DNA of 63,028 nt, the filler included, from Collodictyon triciliatum (lineage: Eukaryota), in NCBI GenBank assembly GCA_043381765.1. It is 55 parts of 55 records of this genome, joined end to end, with 100 filler letters (N's around TTAATTAATTAA, not from the genome) between each part and the next. Parts side by side here need not be neighbours in the genome. Positions count along the whole stretch, not along the records: positions 60,845 to 61,886 come from JBHJMP010012563.1; positions 61,987 to 63,028 come from JBHJMP010012564.1; 53 more parts are not named here. One strand, 5' to 3'. Positions 60,845 through 63,028 of this stretch are shown in pieces. The position numbers were made by a program, and so were the translations under genes. The notes below the pieces were generated by a model. It had not been told where the DNA came from and did no database searches. It worked only from the letters and a program-made list of their open reading frames with translations. How positions within the stretch are numbered: the first letter of the stretch is position 1; every line of letters starts with the position of its first letter.

Positions 60845-61886
60845 GAAGCCGTTCAGACCGACCCACAGAGATATCAAAAAGGACAAAGGCTTCTTCACAG
60901 ACACGGCCGTGGTGAAGCTTCTTTGTCATAAGAACCAGCTCCCTGCAAAGTTTACGGTCAAGGGCAAAAAGTGTCCAAAGCATCCTCAAAGAGTGTCCAC
61001 CAATTGCAAATAACGAACGACAAGTAAAAGCCCCCCAAAAGAATACACCCGCCAAGCAGACAAGCAGCAACAGCGTCAAGGAAGCCAAGGCCAGGAAACA
61101 ACAGATTCCACAAGACTCACAATAGATACGCGCATACAGCGACAGCGACGATGACATGGAGGGAAATCTCGGTTCCTCTTCAGAATCCTCGCACTCGAGC
61201 CCTCCACCGCCAACGCCGGACAAGCCCGTACATTGCAAGACCCAAGAGCAGCGCATCTCCAAACCCCGAAAGAAATCCCCCCTAAACTACCCATTCAGAC
61301 TGGCGTGAATATGGATAACATAGGAGACATCAAGGTAGTCTTTGTTACATATCCGGAAGGATACTCCAAAGCGAAGGCAACACAAGAACCAGCGCCCACC
61401 AAAGATAGTCCGTTTACGCTTGCCCCAGCCTGTCGCACTGAGAGCCAAGGAGCAAGAGCAAACAGCACAAGTCGAATCCAAGCTTGGAACTTCACATACC
61501 ATAGACAGTCCGAGCAAGCAGGAGTGTATGTTTCTAAAACTACAATCGCATATCCATACTCTGGTTAAGCAAAGTCCACTGCCGGCTACGCATGGTTCCG
61601 AAACCAGGGGACGGTCAAGCATCACTTCCGATAATACCAGACAAACAACGATGTATCGCTTTTTGTCAGAGTCGCCGAGCAAGAAACGCAAGGAAAGTGA
61701 CCCGTTGTCCCTTCAAAAGACTAATCCAGTGGAATGAAATAGGATGTAAACCTTTGTCTGAGATAGACGGTTGAAAGGTCTTATCGGAATCGATTTGAGA
61801 AGTAACTGCCATGTGCGTACTTTCATCGACCCGACAACTTTATCCGCTCTTCTGTCAGTCCCGAATACAACCAGAAATCGCGTTGG
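60845..61886 (+). mobile_element. Possible decayed LINE ORF1 end and ORF2 start
   Basis: Intronless frameshifted S/T/P/K-rich frames like those at 40248-41151, followed near 61733 by a corrupted MKIGC.N-like start. Weak. Confidence 0.25.
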
Positions 61887-63028
61887 NNNNNNNNNNNNNN
61901 NNNNNNNNNNNNNNNNNNNNNNNNNNNNNNTTAATTAATTAANNNNNNNNNNNNNNNNNNNNNNNNNNNNNNNNNNNNNNNNNNNNTTTTGTTTTTTGTT
62001 TTTTGTTTTTTGTTTTTTGTTTTTTGTTTTTTGTTTTTTGTTTTTTGTTTTTTGTTTTTTGTTTTTTGTTTTTTGTTTTTTTCTGTGAGACTGAACGACT
62101 TTGGGTTGAATGACGGATTTGACGCAGGCGAATTGATTGTGGCACTGTAACCTCTCCTTTTTATTTCCTTGCTCTTTTTGATGATTTTTTTTTTCACGTA
62201 TGGTGCGGCAGTGACAAAGAGAAGCGTGTAGCATGAAATGGGCGGTGTTTCGGGGATGCTCAATCACGCAACACAGAATATCCGTGCGCTTCTTTGGTTT
62301 TTCTTTTCAGGGTCTCCCTCTCCATTTTCGAGAAACAAAGGACATGACTCAGTGTTGCCCAGGGCAGCGGCTGAGTTGCGTGGCTTTTTGGCACGCCTGG
62401 GAGCTTAAAATCTTGGTTGGCTGGTATTAAATACAACGCTGCGCCATGATATTCCGACCTTATGAGAATTATTGGGGTTGGATTATCGGCCTTATTCAGC
62501 CCAATGGCGCCCTTGTTAATTCTGAGGATTACACGCCTTCGAGCATTCAGACATGCCAGTACCTGTGAAACAGTGGCGCACTCTCAGGTGTAAGTCATCG
62601 CAAAACACACTGACTCACGTTACATCGAAGAGGCTTTTGTCAGCCCGATAAGAGACGGCCATTAGATTTTGGTTTGAAGGATGGCTACTCCCCTGGTGCC
62701 TGTTAGCTAGAATTGTAGTAATGTAAGTAAATATTATATATAAAATAGATGTATAATCGCTAATATGTCATCCCATCGCATCAAAATATAGCTATATTAT
62801 ATTTTCCACACATAGATTGCCGGCGACTATTATCCACTATCCGGCAAATCCTTCTCTTAAAATAGAACGTATCCGAGTGCTCATTCTCTGGTTTCCACAG
62901 ACAAAGGCAAAGACAAAGACAAAGACAAAGACAAAGACAAAGACAAAGACAAAGACAAAGACAAAGACAAAGACAAAGACAAAGACAAAGACAAAGACAA
63001 AGACAAAGACAAAGACAAAGACAAAGAC

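Overview
This window is not contiguous DNA. It is 55 unlinked contigs of about 1.04-1.06 kb, roughly sorted by length and joined by an artificial N44-TTAATTAATTAA-N44 spacer, so adjacency across spacers means nothing. The source is an AT-rich, microsatellite-rich microbial eukaryote with short GT-AG introns; it is probably flagellated and probably has mitochondria. Recognisable host gene fragments: TM9SF, UAP1, PIG-V, DUF4062, two TKL-type kinases, GAF, RFWD3-like RING, Tubby, SDR epimerase, RasGEF, LRR, Sel1, pentapeptide-WD40, SHIPPO repeat, alpha/beta hydrolase and MnmE-like. Most interesting: (1) a 26-27 nt poly(A)-tailed micro-insertion with an identical 18-nt body at two unrelated loci, each flanked by its own perfect 17-18 bp target-site duplication, plus a decayed third copy; (2) Polinton-like virus major and minor capsid genes and other compact intronless virus-like contigs; (3) a decayed Fanzor (TnpB-family) 5' fragment with a structured upstream region; (4) L1/Tx1-like LINE fragments, one showing a twin-priming 5' inversion; (5) a GC-rich intronless MATE pseudogene; (6) a 54-bp patchwork minisatellite. 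All family calls come from motif recognition by eye; no database searches were run.
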